A stretch of DNA of 62,201 nucleotides, counting the filler, from Choristocarpus tenellus KU-1152 (lineage: Eukaryota; Protista; Phaeophyceae): assembly GCA_964200185.2 (NCBI GenBank). It is 12 parts of 12 records of this genome, joined end to end, with 100 filler letters (N's around TTAATTAATTAA, not from the genome) between each part and the next. Parts side by side here need not be neighbours in the genome. Positions count along the whole stretch, not along the records: positions 18,547 to 27,914 come from CAXNAD020003739.1; positions 28,015 to 33,240 come from CAXNAD020011433.1; positions 33,341 to 40,426 come from CAXNAD020006731.1; 9 more parts are not named here. The stretch is one strand, 5' to 3'. Position 1 is the stretch's first letter; each line of letters begins with the position of its first letter. Below are positions 24,824 through 38,448 of the stretch, piece after piece. The notes beneath the pieces are model-generated. The model saw nothing but the letters and a program-made list of their open reading frames with translations. It searched no databases and was not told the DNA's origin. Made by a program: the position numbers and the translations under genes.

Positions 24824-27340
24824 GTGTTTCTTTGATTATTTTTTTTGTACAATTTTAGAGTGTGTTGGGGGTGGGGGTTTCTGACAGGTGTGTGCTGAGT
24901 TATGAAGTTGTGACAAGTTGTGAGAGAGGTCGAGTTTTGCTCTGTGTTGTAGCAGCTTTTCCTGAGATGGTTGTTAGTTGCAAGTGCACATCTGGAGTAC
25001 AGCAGCACCACACTACATTGACTTTTCTCCTTTTCTTGATCAGCAGTTCCATTTTGTAAGGTGCTTCCCTCAATCCTACAGTTACGTTTGTTTTTTACTG
25101 TAGCCAGGAAAAGGTTCCTATCGAGACGAAATACAGACTCACCCCTAACCCCTGAAAACATTTCTCGGCCTACATGTCAGTTTTGCCTATGGAGAACCGT
25201 GCTGAGTTGACTGGCCTGGTGAAGGCTGTAACCCCTTTTTAGGTGGTAATGGTGACTTGATGTTGAATTAATTCTCTTGGGAAAAAAATATAAGTTATTT
25301 AAATCGCTGGACCATTTACTGGCTGGGATGAGAGTGGGTAAGAATAGACAAAAGGGAATCGAACCAGTTGGCGTAAGGTTTAGCCCTTTCTATTTATTTT
25401 TTTAGAGTAGTTGATTTGTTTTGAAGCAATGGTATTAATAGTAAGCCAGATATGTGCGTTTGGTCTCTAGGAGGCATCTGATCATCCTCTCCGACTTCAA
25501 GCAAAAGTGTTCCTGTGAAGTTTTCTGTCCTTCAGTAGTACAAATATTCCCATGTTTGGCTGCTGCCTTTTATTATGTCAATACATACTCTAAAGGGTCC
25601 CCCTGAGCATAGTGTATCATGTAATAGGTATACTTATCAGAAGTGTTACTTTTAAGATCTGCAAATGTACATACAAATACACAGCACTATGATAGGTAGG
25701 TTGAAACTGGTGATGTCTTGATACCACAGTAGTAGGAAGTTTGATGTGAAAACTACCAATGGTATTTAGAGCTTCATTTATGTTGATTCTAAATTCTCAC
25801 TGTTTTGTAATTGTTCGATGAGGAGAAGAGAATGATTGCATGACTTGCTAATAGCCAAAAAACACTCTAAGGGTACCAGTCACTCTTCCAATTTCCACAG
25901 CATACGACTTTCACGCCTTAGCAAAGAGGGCCTGACCTCCTTTCTTCTCCTGGCATCTATCTTGGTTGAGTCTTCACTATAAAGGATTTCCTGCATGGTA
26001 TCATATGCAGTCACTTTTGTGTTCTTGTGGATGGTGCGATAGGCATTTCACAAATATGCATACCCTAGATATCACTGCATCTTCATATATGGCATTAGTA
26101 TTTATGCTTCTGACTATAGTGTTACCGCATGTAACCCAGCCTAAGCACTGGAATAATAATACTTTCATTTCGGATTTGCTTTCAACCACTCCCTATTGTT
26201 GCATCTTGTATGTTGCTTCTTTCTCCACGACAACATCTGCCTGAGATAACATTTGAGCATCGTGCATCATGCATCATCGAACCAACAATAATCTGCATGC
26301 TGATCAATCGTTCAATCAATCAACCAATAAGATAGTAGGTAAGCGTGCCCTTTTGGTGCGGTAGTTGTAGACCAGGGATGCCCAACTGCAGCGTGACCAT
26401 GTGCTACACGAGAGCAGGTCAAAAGGGAGCAGAATGAACAGCATCAGATCTACAATGAACAAGCCTGATCATTTGGTGGACACCATATGTTAGGAAAGAA
26501 TAAATGAACTCCAGCGTTTTTTTCAGGACAATGAACATTTGACGAGTGAGTGGTCACTACAGATGTATACTATTATTATGATCATTTCTTTTTGCAATGT
26601 TTCTCCTTTTTTTTCTTTTCAAACTTTGTTGCTTTCTCAAACTATTGAGACGATCTTCTATTTTTGGAAATAGTAGAAGAAGAAGCGATAGCCATTTGAG
26701 AGCTTCAGGATTGAAACGAGGAAATTAACTAGTGGGACACAATCGCGATTGAGTAGGTGGCAAGTCACTATGTAGTATGGTGATCGTGGCACGCAAAGGG
26801 TTGATGTTTGTATGTTTCTGAAGTTGAAAAGAGGTTGGGCGTGATAATATGTCGATGGGGTGTGTGCGTTTTTTCTTCAATATCGCTGTGAAATCCGATA
26901 AATCATGAGTATATTTAACGAGGGTCACTTACGGTGACCGAGCAGCTCGGGGGGCGCAACTCTGCGAGCTAAAAATGAGGCCTACCTCGTGAGGGACGCT
27001 GCCAGAACAAAAAAAAACAGGGGTATCTTCATTTTGCGTAGTATGCCCCCACTATTTATATCTCAGAAAACTACGCATAAATATTTTTCAGTGTACACCA
27101 TCTCCTTATTACCATACCAAACTTAATACACCAACACTATATGCGACTATTACCCGCCTATCCACTCAAACACAAATTCGGTCAATTTCCACTTATCTAT
27201 TCACGCACCAGTGAGACCATTTTCAGTGTATCCACTTCCAGACCAATCCAGTCAATTTCGGTGTATGGTATCCACTCACACACCAATCCTCCTAAACGCT
27301 CCACCTCCAACCACCACACTCCACATCCCTCTATGGCACT

Positions 27341-27597
27341 GTGTCAAAGTAAATGGGAGGTACCAGAGTTGCATAATTAAGTATGGTGACAAATATGTGC
27401 AAAATTCGACTATTTTACAATTACTTACAGTATATTTTCTGTATTCTGTCGAAGAGTCTCAAACAATAGAGAAATCAACACTCTGAAGTCAAACTTAACA
27501 CTTTATCCTTAGAAAAATGGGTGAATTGCAAAAAAATTTAAACTGGTGAAAAAAACCAAGTGGCTAAATCCTGTGTACCTTTCGTTTACTTTGGCTC
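27341..27597. mobile_element. MITE family B, uninterrupted copy
   Basis: gtgtcaaagtaaatgggaggtac..gtacctttcgtttactttggctc, 3-bp TSD ACT. Colinear with the outer element at 45480-45989. Confidence 0.85.
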
Positions 27598-27686
27598 ACT
27601 CCACAATAATCCAAAACACCCCTCTTTTACCCACTCCCATATATTGTCTTTAAACTAAAAGACATCTACCCCATTCAAGCTTTTGA

Positions 27687-27835
27687 GGATCAGAGTATCT
27701 GGGTGGGAGTGGCGGCTGTCCATTTGGAGTCCATTTTTCCATGTCGCAATTTTTGGGTGATTTGGTTGCATGTCGCGGATGGATAATGTAAGTAAACTTT
27801 TTCTGGTCATAGCCCAATTGGACACCCTGGTGTAG

Positions 27836-27873
<38 letters not shown>

Positions 27874-27900
27874 ACCCCCCCCGTCCCCCCGCCCCCCTCC
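27687..27900. mobile_element. MITE family C, reverse copy running into a poly-C tract
   Basis: Reverse-complement match to 55259-55439 (ggctgtccattt..ttggttgcatg..ggatggataat..accctggtgtaga). Confidence 0.8.
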
Positions 27901-28014
27901 CTCACTCTCCGCATNNNNNNNNNNNNNNNNNNNNNNNNNNNNNNNNNNNNNNNNNNNNTTAATTAATTAANNNNNNNNNNNNNNNNNNNNNNNNNNNNNN
28001 NNNNNNNNNNNNNN

Positions 28015-28039
28015 CCCCCCCTCCCAGATACTTTGGGTC
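28015..28039. mobile_element. MITE family C terminus at contig edge
   Basis: cccccctcccagatactttgggtc. The same terminus occurs at 40400-40426, at about 47987-48016 and at 56035-56094. Confidence 0.75.
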
Positions 28040-30342
28040 AAAGCTCTAAGTTTTGTTATATTGAGTGTGTATACAATGTGGATACTCTGCCAGGGTCATT
28101 ATCTGAAGCTCCCCTCCCATTGCCACAAATTCCTCCTCTGCTGAGTACCGCTGCATAAGCTTCTGCAAACAGGAACGCACTGAACATATCCTATCTTGCA
28201 AATATACCCTTACATAGACTGATTTTGAGAGTGTTGAGGTAACGGTTGCTCGCATGGGGGATGACCAACTCCCGAACATATTAACGTTTGGGGACCTTGT
28301 GGTTGGAAAATGGAAGCTAAGGAGGGCACGAAAAGAACTGGAGGACATGCCCACAAAACGACTTGGACAAGTTTAGGATTGGAGTTGAGGGCTGGAGTTC
28401 CAAACAACCAACAGGAGTGATATGGGTATGTGGCAAATGGCACAAAATGGGGTTCATGACGGAATGACATTATTACAAGGAACTGTGATAGCCAAGTGTA
28501 GGTCGCACCAAAATAACACACGAAGTAAGGTTGAACAAGTCACCAACTCCTCCATCATCACTACCAACTAAATCGTGTTTTCTCTTGGGCTGTTTTTGTT
28601 GAATCTTTGTCCATTTATTCTTTCTTTCTTCACATTTTTATATCATTCGAAGTATACGTGTTTATCTCCAAAAGTTGGTTTTCCTCCTCTTCTCTTTTTG
28701 TTCTTTTATTTATTTTCTGTTCTTCTCGTCTCCTCTTTTTTCCCCAAATACTTTGTTTTTTCTTTTATGATCCTTGTTTCTTTCTCTCAACAACTACTAT
28801 TCCCTTCTTGACTTCTCTTAAGACTAGGTCTAGGATTTCTCACACTAATAACGATGTAACAAAAAATATATAGTAATAATTTCATATTGAAATAATATTT
28901 TCCTTTAAAAAAGAGATGTTGACATCCTATAAATAAAGATAAAATATTATAGGGTTTTATAGACCTATAATATAATATGCGAAAGTCACAAACATTAATA
29001 TTCCAAGAAACTAAAAAACTAGAAATACAAAAAGATGGAAAAATGGAAAAATAATGAACAATCACAACTCATCAACTTAAACATAATCCGGAGTATTTAA
29101 TATTAATTGTGATATTGGAGACAACTATAATCTCCGCTTCATATATAGAACTAATGTCCTCATACTTCTATAGTTCGGGTTAGTATTCCTTGCAATAGTT
29201 CGCAGTTTCGAACCCCATCCATGTCAGAATTCTTTTCACGGAAATCAGGTTTGATGATTCAAAGTTCAAGCGTTCTAAACATTATTAAAAAGGGACATAT
29301 TTATAGTAGAACTAGTAGTTGTTGTACGTCATTATGTTAGAACCATACTGAACAAAAAATGACGTGGTATGAGTTGATTGGGGAGAGGGAGGATGTGGGT
29401 GTGGGAGGAGGTGAACGAAAGACAAATGATATTGCCGAGCCAAATACACCAAGTAAGATTACAAACACTAGAACACACTGTCGTGAAACAACAGGAAGTA
29501 GTTGCAGTTCGTATTGTTATGAAGAGTAGTAGTTAGCGTATAGAGTGCGAAAGTAGTGGAGTGAGTATACTGGGACAGCCTGTGAAGTTCCCAAAAAACT
29601 AGAGTGAATAAAAAAATTATAGAACAATAGATAATCACAAAAAATTGATAGAATATGTCACTGTCATTCACACAACCGATAATACTTGTAAAACATCTAT
29701 CAAAACATACCAAACATCAAAGATGACCTCAGCATCCCTCCCTTACTTAGCATTCGGATCTTAGTTGATACATGCCTACCGTTCTACATTTAGTTATTGG
29801 CGTGTTTTTGCGTAAAAAGCATCCTCACTCTTTTTTGGATCTATCACCTGTAAAATTGACCGGTATCACACCTACGAATATCTCAGAGGTAATGAAATAT
29901 GAAATATTTCACTTCAAATCATACTTCAAGAAAAAGAGTTCACATCACACATATATTAGGATGTGAGAGTGATTGTTGAATAGGAAATATGCTGTCAACA
30001 TCAGTCCTCTCCCCTTCCTCTCTTCCTCCATCCTAAAATATAAATACAAGTATAATCCAATAAACGAGAAAGAGTCAGAAAATCGAAGTTGTAGAGGCAA
30101 GCAAGAATCGCCAATAGCAGTTACAGAAGAATCGCGCGTACGGTGGCTCCTGTAAAGTAAAAACGCGGTCTTAAACTACAACAACTTACAGGGTCAGGTC
30201 TGAAGCGGTGAATCCATCAGTAGAATATCACTCGCTTTCCTTACAAGTCACTTACCATCTCGATTACTTTTTAGGGGGGTGAGTTAAGTAGTGGCGCGTG
30301 TGAACCGAGTGACCTGCCCTTGAAGCATAAACGAACCGCCTT

Positions 30343-32202
30343 ATGGCAAGCGCCCGATGGGACTATTGGGGGGATGGGGGAAGCGCCGATGAACAGCCAC
30401 AAGAGGAGGTGGAGGAGGAGGATAGATTCGAGCTGGGAGATAGCACAGATCGACCGGGTTCTGCCGCGAGCTCGGTAGAAGGGCAGCCACCCTTGAAGAG
30501 GCCTCGGGGGAAATGTATATCGTCGGCGATAATGACTGCTGGAGGACCTTCATCGGCTGCAGAGGATGAGGACCATCATCAGGTTATTGAGATCCTTTCG
30601 GACGAGGATGATCACCCGAGTACAGTGGGCGCGCTTCTGCCTTTTCCGATAGCGTTTCCTTCTTCATCAGCCTCGTCCTCCGCTCCCCCACCAGCCTCTT
30701 CGGCCTCTTCGATGAATGGGGTGTTCTCAAATTGGTCGGCTTCTTCTAATAACCCGGGTAATGGACCTGTCGATAGTGTTACCCCGTCTCTTCCATGCCG
30801 GTCGCCTTTGTTGGGTTCTTCTGCTCCTGTTGCATCCTACCCTGTCCAATCTGTTGCGGCTGGTTTCGTAGGGAAAGATGACAGTAACGGCACCATTGGA
30901 CCATCATCTGTTCCTGGTGGGATTCGACGGCCTACTGAAGGGAGCGCTGAAGTGGGAATGGTCTCCGTGGATGAACGGACGAAAACCCCCAAGAAATCAA
31001 ATGCCGAAGGGAGTATCGGTGTTGGAAATCATCAAGATCGCACTAGGGCTAGCATGGCTGGGCCAGCTGTGGCGACCTCACTTGACCGCAATCTGGAGTG
31101 CCCTATTTGCCTTGACCCCATGGCTGTTGCCGCAGTACTTGCTTGCGGTCACAGCGCCTGCTGGGCTTGTGTTCATCAGTGGTGTTCTATGGTGAGGTTA
31201 ATCTCCCCTTACTGGTACCCCCCCGAGCTTTTGGTTCATGTCTTCGTGATCAATCCTCCCCCTAAGCAGATACGGATAACAGCTTCCTAGTGACTTTGCG
31301 TTTCCTAGTGTTTTGGTTACATGTAAACGGAGTGTCTAGTTCAGCTCCTTCAAGATGACAGTATCATCAGCTTCGATCTTTTCCAACCCAACATGCCTCA
31401 CATCCAGCACACCGGCTCAGAAATCCCTAGTTCCATTTCTCGCCCTCCACATCCCGCAGTACATACACCACTTTCCCACCCAACCCGTTCTACCCCCCAT
31501 ATCTCACTCTTGTATGACGGACTTCAGGGCACGAGTTGCTCCATGGACTGTCCAACATGCCATGTTTCAGTGCCCAGGGGAGATTTCCGGCGCAGTGTAA
31601 CCCTTGACAAGGTGGGGCTGGTGTTGCACAAAAACTATAAATTAAAGAGCTGCACAGGTGGAGTCAACGAAACAGTGCATTTTTCTGCTTTTGATTGTTG
31701 TGTCCTTCTGTTGGGCACATCAAACCAAGATTGGACTACTAGCTCACCTTTGATGTCTTTTTCCATCTCGGTTGACCAAAATATCTCTTCTAATCTCCAT
31801 CACCACCTCAGTATTTGTTACAAATTTATGTAAGCGCGGCCTTTTATCGATGTTAGTGTGTTCGAGAAGCTGAAAAACGGTATGCACCCCTCACCCCCCA
31901 AACCCTATTTCCCATCCCTATCTCATCGCTCTGAACCCCAATGCCCGGCCCCTCAGGCTATTGAAATTGCTGTACAGTTGTCAGGGAATGATGGGCCAGA
32001 GTGGGCAGGTCGTGTGGAGAAGGGCTTAGACCTGGCCAGGGCTGCAGAGGCGGGGCGACGGGCTTCTCAGGATGAGATGCGAGAGGCTGAGAAGAAGATT
32101 GACAAGCTCGTCAAGGAGGTAGCACGCTTGAAGGAAGAGCAGGAACAGATGAGGCCGTTGATGAGGCTAGGGCAGCAGTTTCGAAGCCTGAACAGGGGCC
32201 GG
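30343..32202 (+). CDS. C3HC4 RING-finger protein with disordered N-terminus and coiled coil (3' incomplete)
   Basis: Phase-0 exons 30343-31191, 31528-31611 and 31957-32202. The RING reads CPIC..CGHSACWAC..W..CPTC and is split across intron 1. Confidence 0.9.
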
Positions 32203-35200
32203 GTAAGTTCCGTGTGCAGTTTTCACATATTTGTTTTGTTTTGTTTTGTTTTGAACGATGAAAAACGGTGATTTGTAGTGTGGCGTAGCGAGATCACATG
32301 GTGATTAGTTGGTTATTGAATGGTAGTGTGATTAGTTAGTTAGTTGGTGATAGAAACAAGAGAGTGGATGTTGGTTGCACTTGGTGTTGGGTACGGGAGG
32401 ATACTTGTTGTGTAGAAGGGTTTTGTTGTTATGCTGGAGGCATTACTTATCATGTTGGGAAGTGCCTCTCAGGAGGTGGAGGTTTAGTGTGTGTGTACAT
32501 GGCTGCTGTTTGTGTTCACAGTGCTGGAGTATCCTTTCATGCCAGTGTGTATGTGTGGTTATGTGCATATATTGTGGTATGAATATATATATATATACTT
32601 ACCATATGTATGTGTGTGTTGAAGTAGGTGCAGTGTGGTCGGTTTATATATATGTTAGACTTCTGTGCTACCATTTGAGTGGATAAGGTCTGTTGGGTGG
32701 CGAATTCTTTCCTGATTGAGACCAAAAAGTCAGAGTTTGTTACTTAATGGTAGTATTTTACTCTTCAAGTTTCCTTCTTGCGTTTGTTGTCTATTGTGGT
32801 TTGCATGTAGAAGTTCAGAGGCGTTCCTCCACCTGTCCCAACAATCTGCCCAGACCATTTTCATGTGATAGTCCAGATGTCATTTGACAATTGACCGTTT
32901 TTTTGTTCTTGGAAAGGTGTGGGGTGTATGAGGCGTGCGTTTGACCTCTTGACCTTTGAAGATAGCTTGTTTGAAGTTGTGCTAGTGGGTGCTTCGATTT
33001 GTTCTTTTGTCAACTACTGTTGCTCCTTTAGTCGATCTGATCATGGCCTTTCTTGCTCACATCTTTAGGTTCCATAACTAGTGAGGCATCTTGTTTGCTA
33101 CTGCTGACTGTCTTGTGCTTCATGAGAGCTTGAATGTATGAAAACGCCCTCCATGATAGTTTTGCCTCCCCTGTGTGAGCTTAACAGATCTTATGTTCAC
33201 AAATAGAATCCTCACGCTGTCACCGCCTCCCCATCCCCCCNNNNNNNNNNNNNNNNNNNNNNNNNNNNNNNNNNNNNNNNNNNNTTAATTAATTAANNNN
33301 NNNNNNNNNNNNNNNNNNNNNNNNNNNNNNNNNNNNNNNNCTGGTCTGGGGAAAATACCGTGTCCCCCCCAAGGTTATCAAGTATTTCAGCATCACCATG
33401 GCCTGCTCGGTTCTAAACCTTTTTTTTTTAACAGGGCTGGTCCGTAGCTGTCAAGTACTCCTTCATCAATGTGCCCAGGCCGCAGGTCAGCCTGCAGACT
33501 CTGTCCACACTATCTCCCCATATTAGTGGTGCAAAAGTCCTGATTGTAAAAAAAGATATATGTCTGAAGCACCTGGCCAGCACTAAACTAAACACACTTA
33601 ACTAAACACTCATAATTGCCAATCAAGAATGTTGCCTCATAATCTCTGTTCAAGGCTACAGGGTTTAGTCTCAATGAGCTTGCATAGAGCTCCCAATAAA
33701 TTTCACGTAACATCAGAACTCAAAACAACCTCAATCTCACAACTCTATATCATACATTCCCTCCATGTACACAAACATCTTAGTCAGAACTGTATTCAGA
33801 ATTGTAACAAGATTTTATCAGAAACACTCTCAGTACAGTGTCAACTTTGTTCCCCGTGACTGGGGTGGCTTGAACAAGTTGACCAGGAGGGGGACAGAGT
33901 ATTGCAGGTTGTCTTGTGAGGACAGGTGCTATCTCATTAAGTAATGTACACGCAGAAAGTCCATGCAACTGGATATCATTGTCAGTGATCACCCCTATTT
34001 TAGCTAGCAGTCAGGAGTAGGGGTCACATCAAGTGTTACTACAAGGCCATAAAAGCCCAACCGCAAATGATAGCAACAAGTTTATGTCCTTAGCAAACAC
34101 AGACTGCCCACATTATTTTATACTCGTTACTGCTCTACATCAAAAGTTTCACTGTCAAATGTTATGGCTGAGATCCCTGTTGATAAGGAGAGTAGTGGGT
34201 GGAGATTGCTGTCGGTGGGGTTTGATGTTTGATGCCTCCCCAAAGTCAAAATTTTAATCAAGGCATGAAGTGTAATGGACCAGTTTCACAACACTATGAC
34301 CCATTCTTCTTCACTCTGGTTGTATCCAAAGTGTGTTCTGCGCTCTATGGCTACTGTCATAATATTATCTAGCCTGATAGTCCATCCTATCCAAGGGGGG
34401 GGGGCGGGGGTTAAGCCCAGTAGTCCATTCAGGGCTTGATGGGGTTTTGTAAAACACCCCATTTATTTTTGGTGCCTGTTGTTTGACTCTTAGGTGATTT
34501 CCTTCAGATTGGTCCAGGCAAAGGAGTGTAAAAGGAAGGATGCTACCCTTGCAACTGACACATTCACTCAAATGACATGAAAATCGCTACACCCTTCACA
34601 AAAAGGTCCCAGATGGATGTCTGATACTCCCTTTAGGACACTATGGGCCTAATGTCTATCGAAGAGGTGATCAGGGCTAAGTTGATGAGGGTTCACTTAC
34701 ACTGTGGGTGTCAGTATGTTGCATGAAAAATGTATGTATTTCTCTGACAGTACCCGAAGGTTTGAAGCAAAATGAAACTGAAACTGTTTTCATGTTTCAG
34801 CAAACAGTACAACCCAAGTTAATAGTTCAGGGAACAGGCAACACGTACTAGTTACAAATCACATCAGAGGTCACATCACATCAGAGGTCACTCCCTGTCA
34901 CTTGGACAGCCTTGGGGAAGGGTTGTATTTGATATAATGGATTGGAAGTTTGCAAAAAAAATATCCCAATAATCGAGACATATATTCATTACCCAAACCT
35001 CTGCGACCTCTTGCTTGACACCTTTACATCTTGGGCCAGGCAAGCTTGTACACTAAACATTTACGCAGAGCCTTACTGCATGTGAACTTGATCTCTTCAT
35101 ATACCTACAGTCCCAAAATTGGTCAGCCTCAAATCCAACCTCTAGACATCTAAATGGTAGGTGTAACAATATTTTTAAACATACAACTATTGTACCTGAA

Positions 35201-35289
35201 GGTAACATCATTCACAACCCATCAAAGCTCTTCCGTTGGCCAACTGAATTCATCAACAGACCCAATGCAAAAGGGAGTATCAAAACTGG

Positions 35290-35548
35290 GAGCCAAAGTA
35301 TCTTAGAGGGTAGAGTTGCATCCATTTGGGGGCCAAAATCCAATGTTGCGGTTTTCATGTAATTTTGGCTATTGCATTTGTTAGGAAGTGTCAATATCCA
35401 TGTTCCGAACACACCTTTTCATAATGTATACATTTTACCTACTCCTAAATATTTTGGAGTAGGAAGATGTCATTAAAAAAAACATGGGAAGCCAAGCCCC
35501 AAATGGACAAACAGGGCAAAACTCGTACCCTCTAAGATACTTTCACTC
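35290..35548. mobile_element. MITE family A1, reverse orientation
   Basis: Near-perfect 23-bp TIRs, 4-bp TSD CTGG/CTGG. Confidence 0.95.
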
Positions 35549-36223
35549 CTGGGGACAATGCAGTTGAGTGAACCATGCTGGTTTTGAGGCATCAGTGTAA
35601 TCACTAAAGCAACCTAAGATACCTCAACAACGCATTCTGTGTTGTGCTATCTTATGGCCCCATATACTAACAATATACATCTCACAGCACCTCTCCAAGT
35701 CCAGATACCTTTGTGAAATGTGTGTGCGCTCAGTGGTATGGGAAATAGGATCAAGAAATAGTTTCCTGGTCATTGTCTGGTGCAGACTTTGTCCAGGCGA
35801 ATGCTTCCCTCCAGAAAGATCAGCCTCATCCTACTCTCACTTGCATCATTAGTATTATCGTAAGAACATCAGAGGCATATCCAGCACTGTCAACAACTGA
35901 ATCAGATCTCATTAAACTACTGAGATAAAATGTTTGCACATAACACTCTAGATGATGCTTCAACCAGAAAAGGTCACATATCACATGCTTCTCCCTCCCA
36001 ACATGGTCATCGTTCCCATGTGCACGGTAGAAGTGACCCAAACAGGAAGTGTTGAATCACAGGCAGCTTACCCAAGACTTCCCCTGAACAGTCCAATAAG
36101 ATCAGCACAAAGAGACAGCCATAAGGGAATCAGACTTGAACCATAACAACGTGGCATTGAACACTGCTTGCAAGAAGTCACGTATCAACACTACCCTCCT
36201 ATTTTCAAAATAGAATTGATTAC

Positions 36224-38448
36224 CTTCATAGAGGCGCTGCATGCCTGTGTTGACCTTCCTCCATGATGGTAGGGCTGAGATGTCATTTAGCATTGGGCAG
36301 CACTCTCCAAAAGGAGCACCCTTCTTGAGGTTCTTGATATGTTGGATTGCCCCAAGATAGAGATAATCATCCTCACCTGAACATCAGAATAAATAAAAGG
36401 TCTTGGGTCATCAACATCTATATATAACTATGATACTGGGTTATACTGGGTTATACAAGCATGAACATGTTAATCTTCACAACAGAACAACCTCCTCGAC
36501 AAGCACCAAGAGGGTAAAGCAAAATTACATTCCAGAGTTGAACACCTTGTAGATTAAGGAGCATGTCCCTGTAGAACACAAGACAGTACTGTGTGGTATA
36601 GTTCAAGGCTAAGCTCCTGAGCCTGTAACGTAAAGGTCTGGGAATAGGGGGTCCAGATATCCTCCTATATCTTGAATTCCCAGAATAGTTCCAGTCCTTG
36701 CTTAGAACACAGGCGCTCCACAGCACTCCATCCTGTTCCTGTCCCAAGGTATTAATACCACCAAGATTATCCTACACAAACCAGTGATCTGGTCCACCCA
36801 ACTCACACCAGTCCTCTGACACATCCACTACTTGCCTGGTCTCACTGAAACAACAAATCTGTTCACAAAAAGATCCAACCTATCCCAACCACATTTTTGC
36901 ACACCCATAGGGAATCTACTTTGTTTACCAACACAGCCCTTTTGATTAATCACCCCTGAACCACCATACCTGAGGCCAGGATCTGGTCATTGTGTATGTC
37001 ATTGGGCTGAATTGAAGAGTTGTCAATCAGCTGAGAGCTTCCCCAAAGGAAGGGTAGGCAATGAAAGTCATCAAGACCCCAAACACCATGAGAACCCGCA
37101 GGCTCAAGCTTGTATACAGTTTGAAGTCTTCGCATCACCTTCAGATAGCTTGGGGAAACAGAAAGCAGAGAGCACATTGGGGATTAAATCACCCCTTGTC
37201 AACTGCAGTGACACCCTCATGTATGTATTGACCTCAACAAAGCGACAGGCTGGCTTTCAAACGGAATAGGAGTTCACATTCCCAATAACCTTACCTTTGA
37301 AAAACTTGCAACACCGCAGGAGCCAGGTCATTCTTGCCCAGCACCTCCAGCTTGAATAGACAATCTGTGTATGTAAAGCGATTTTGAAGCATGAAACAGA
37401 ACTCATCAATACGGGGTGACAGAAAGAAATGGAAAACAGTGTACTTTTTGTGGGCAACCGAACAGAAAAGTGGGGAACAGCCGATCGCATATTTTCCAAT
37501 AAAGGTGGAGCTAACAATCCAATAAAGAAATAACTTACAAAGCCAAACCATGAAGTTTGTCTCATGTCCGGTGCCGTAGTCAATCCTCATTGGATGTCCA
37601 AACGATGCCAGCAAATAAGGGACCAACTCTACTTTCGCTTCCTGCGGCAGGGGTGGGATATATCGTATAGGTAGGGACCAGAACACAAATAAGCAGTAGG
37701 GATATGAGGTGGATACACGAAAGTATCGGTACGAGAGATCAAATAAACAACGAACACGGGCATATTGGACAATATGAAAAAAGATTTGAACCAAAACGGG
37801 CCTTCACATCATCTTGGAGCAGGCCGGCTACGATGCCATCCGCTTCCTCCTCCAGCTTTTGATGCCAAAGTCTGCGTATGAGGATTACCGAGACAAACAA
37901 GGTTTGCTAGCATCACAGTCTCGTAGATTTATGTGAAATAAATTGAACTGGACAGATGATAGGGGTGTGATTGACAGAGAAGACAAGATACGTGGGGATT
38001 GCATTGGGACTGAGTTAGCATGCCTGAAAGACTTGTTGCCGAAACGCATGGGTTGGTCCAGTGGGGGATAATCATCCACCCAAGAGCTCATCCTGCCCAG
38101 TATTTCCACAATGCGATCGATCGCATCACCAGCAGCCGAGCCTGGACCTTCCTCTCTTGCCATGGCTTTTGCCCGCTTGCCTATGACGGCCTCATTGCAT
38201 AATCGAACAAAATCCATCACCTCGCGGTATGTCTATCAGTGCAAGGGGTGTAATGGAAGAGGGAATGAGGGGTCTAGAAAATACTTGCTAGAAAAAGCTC
38301 ACCGTTCCCACTCCATCATCAGAACAGACTCAATTATCACCTGTGATTTTTTGAATTTCTCCAAGTCATTAAGGGATACAATGCCACGTGTTGGAGATTG
38401 AAAATGAAGTCTCCCTGCACCATTCCGATTCAGGGTCATTGTGGTCAT
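36224..38448 (-). CDS. PTPA: Phosphotyrosyl phosphatase activator (PP2A activator); last exon not found in contig
   Basis: Exons 38448-38341, 38232-38024, 37871-37802, 37641-37539, 37364-37295, 37148-36970 and 36376-36224. Motifs PMRFGNKSFR, RIDYGTGHE, YKLEPAGSHGVWGLDD, PMLNDIS and WRKVNTGM. Confidence 0.96.

Noticed and set aside
23914-25161. 200-aa ORFs antisense to the PPR exon
   Set aside because: Shadow frames of a GC-rich coding exon.
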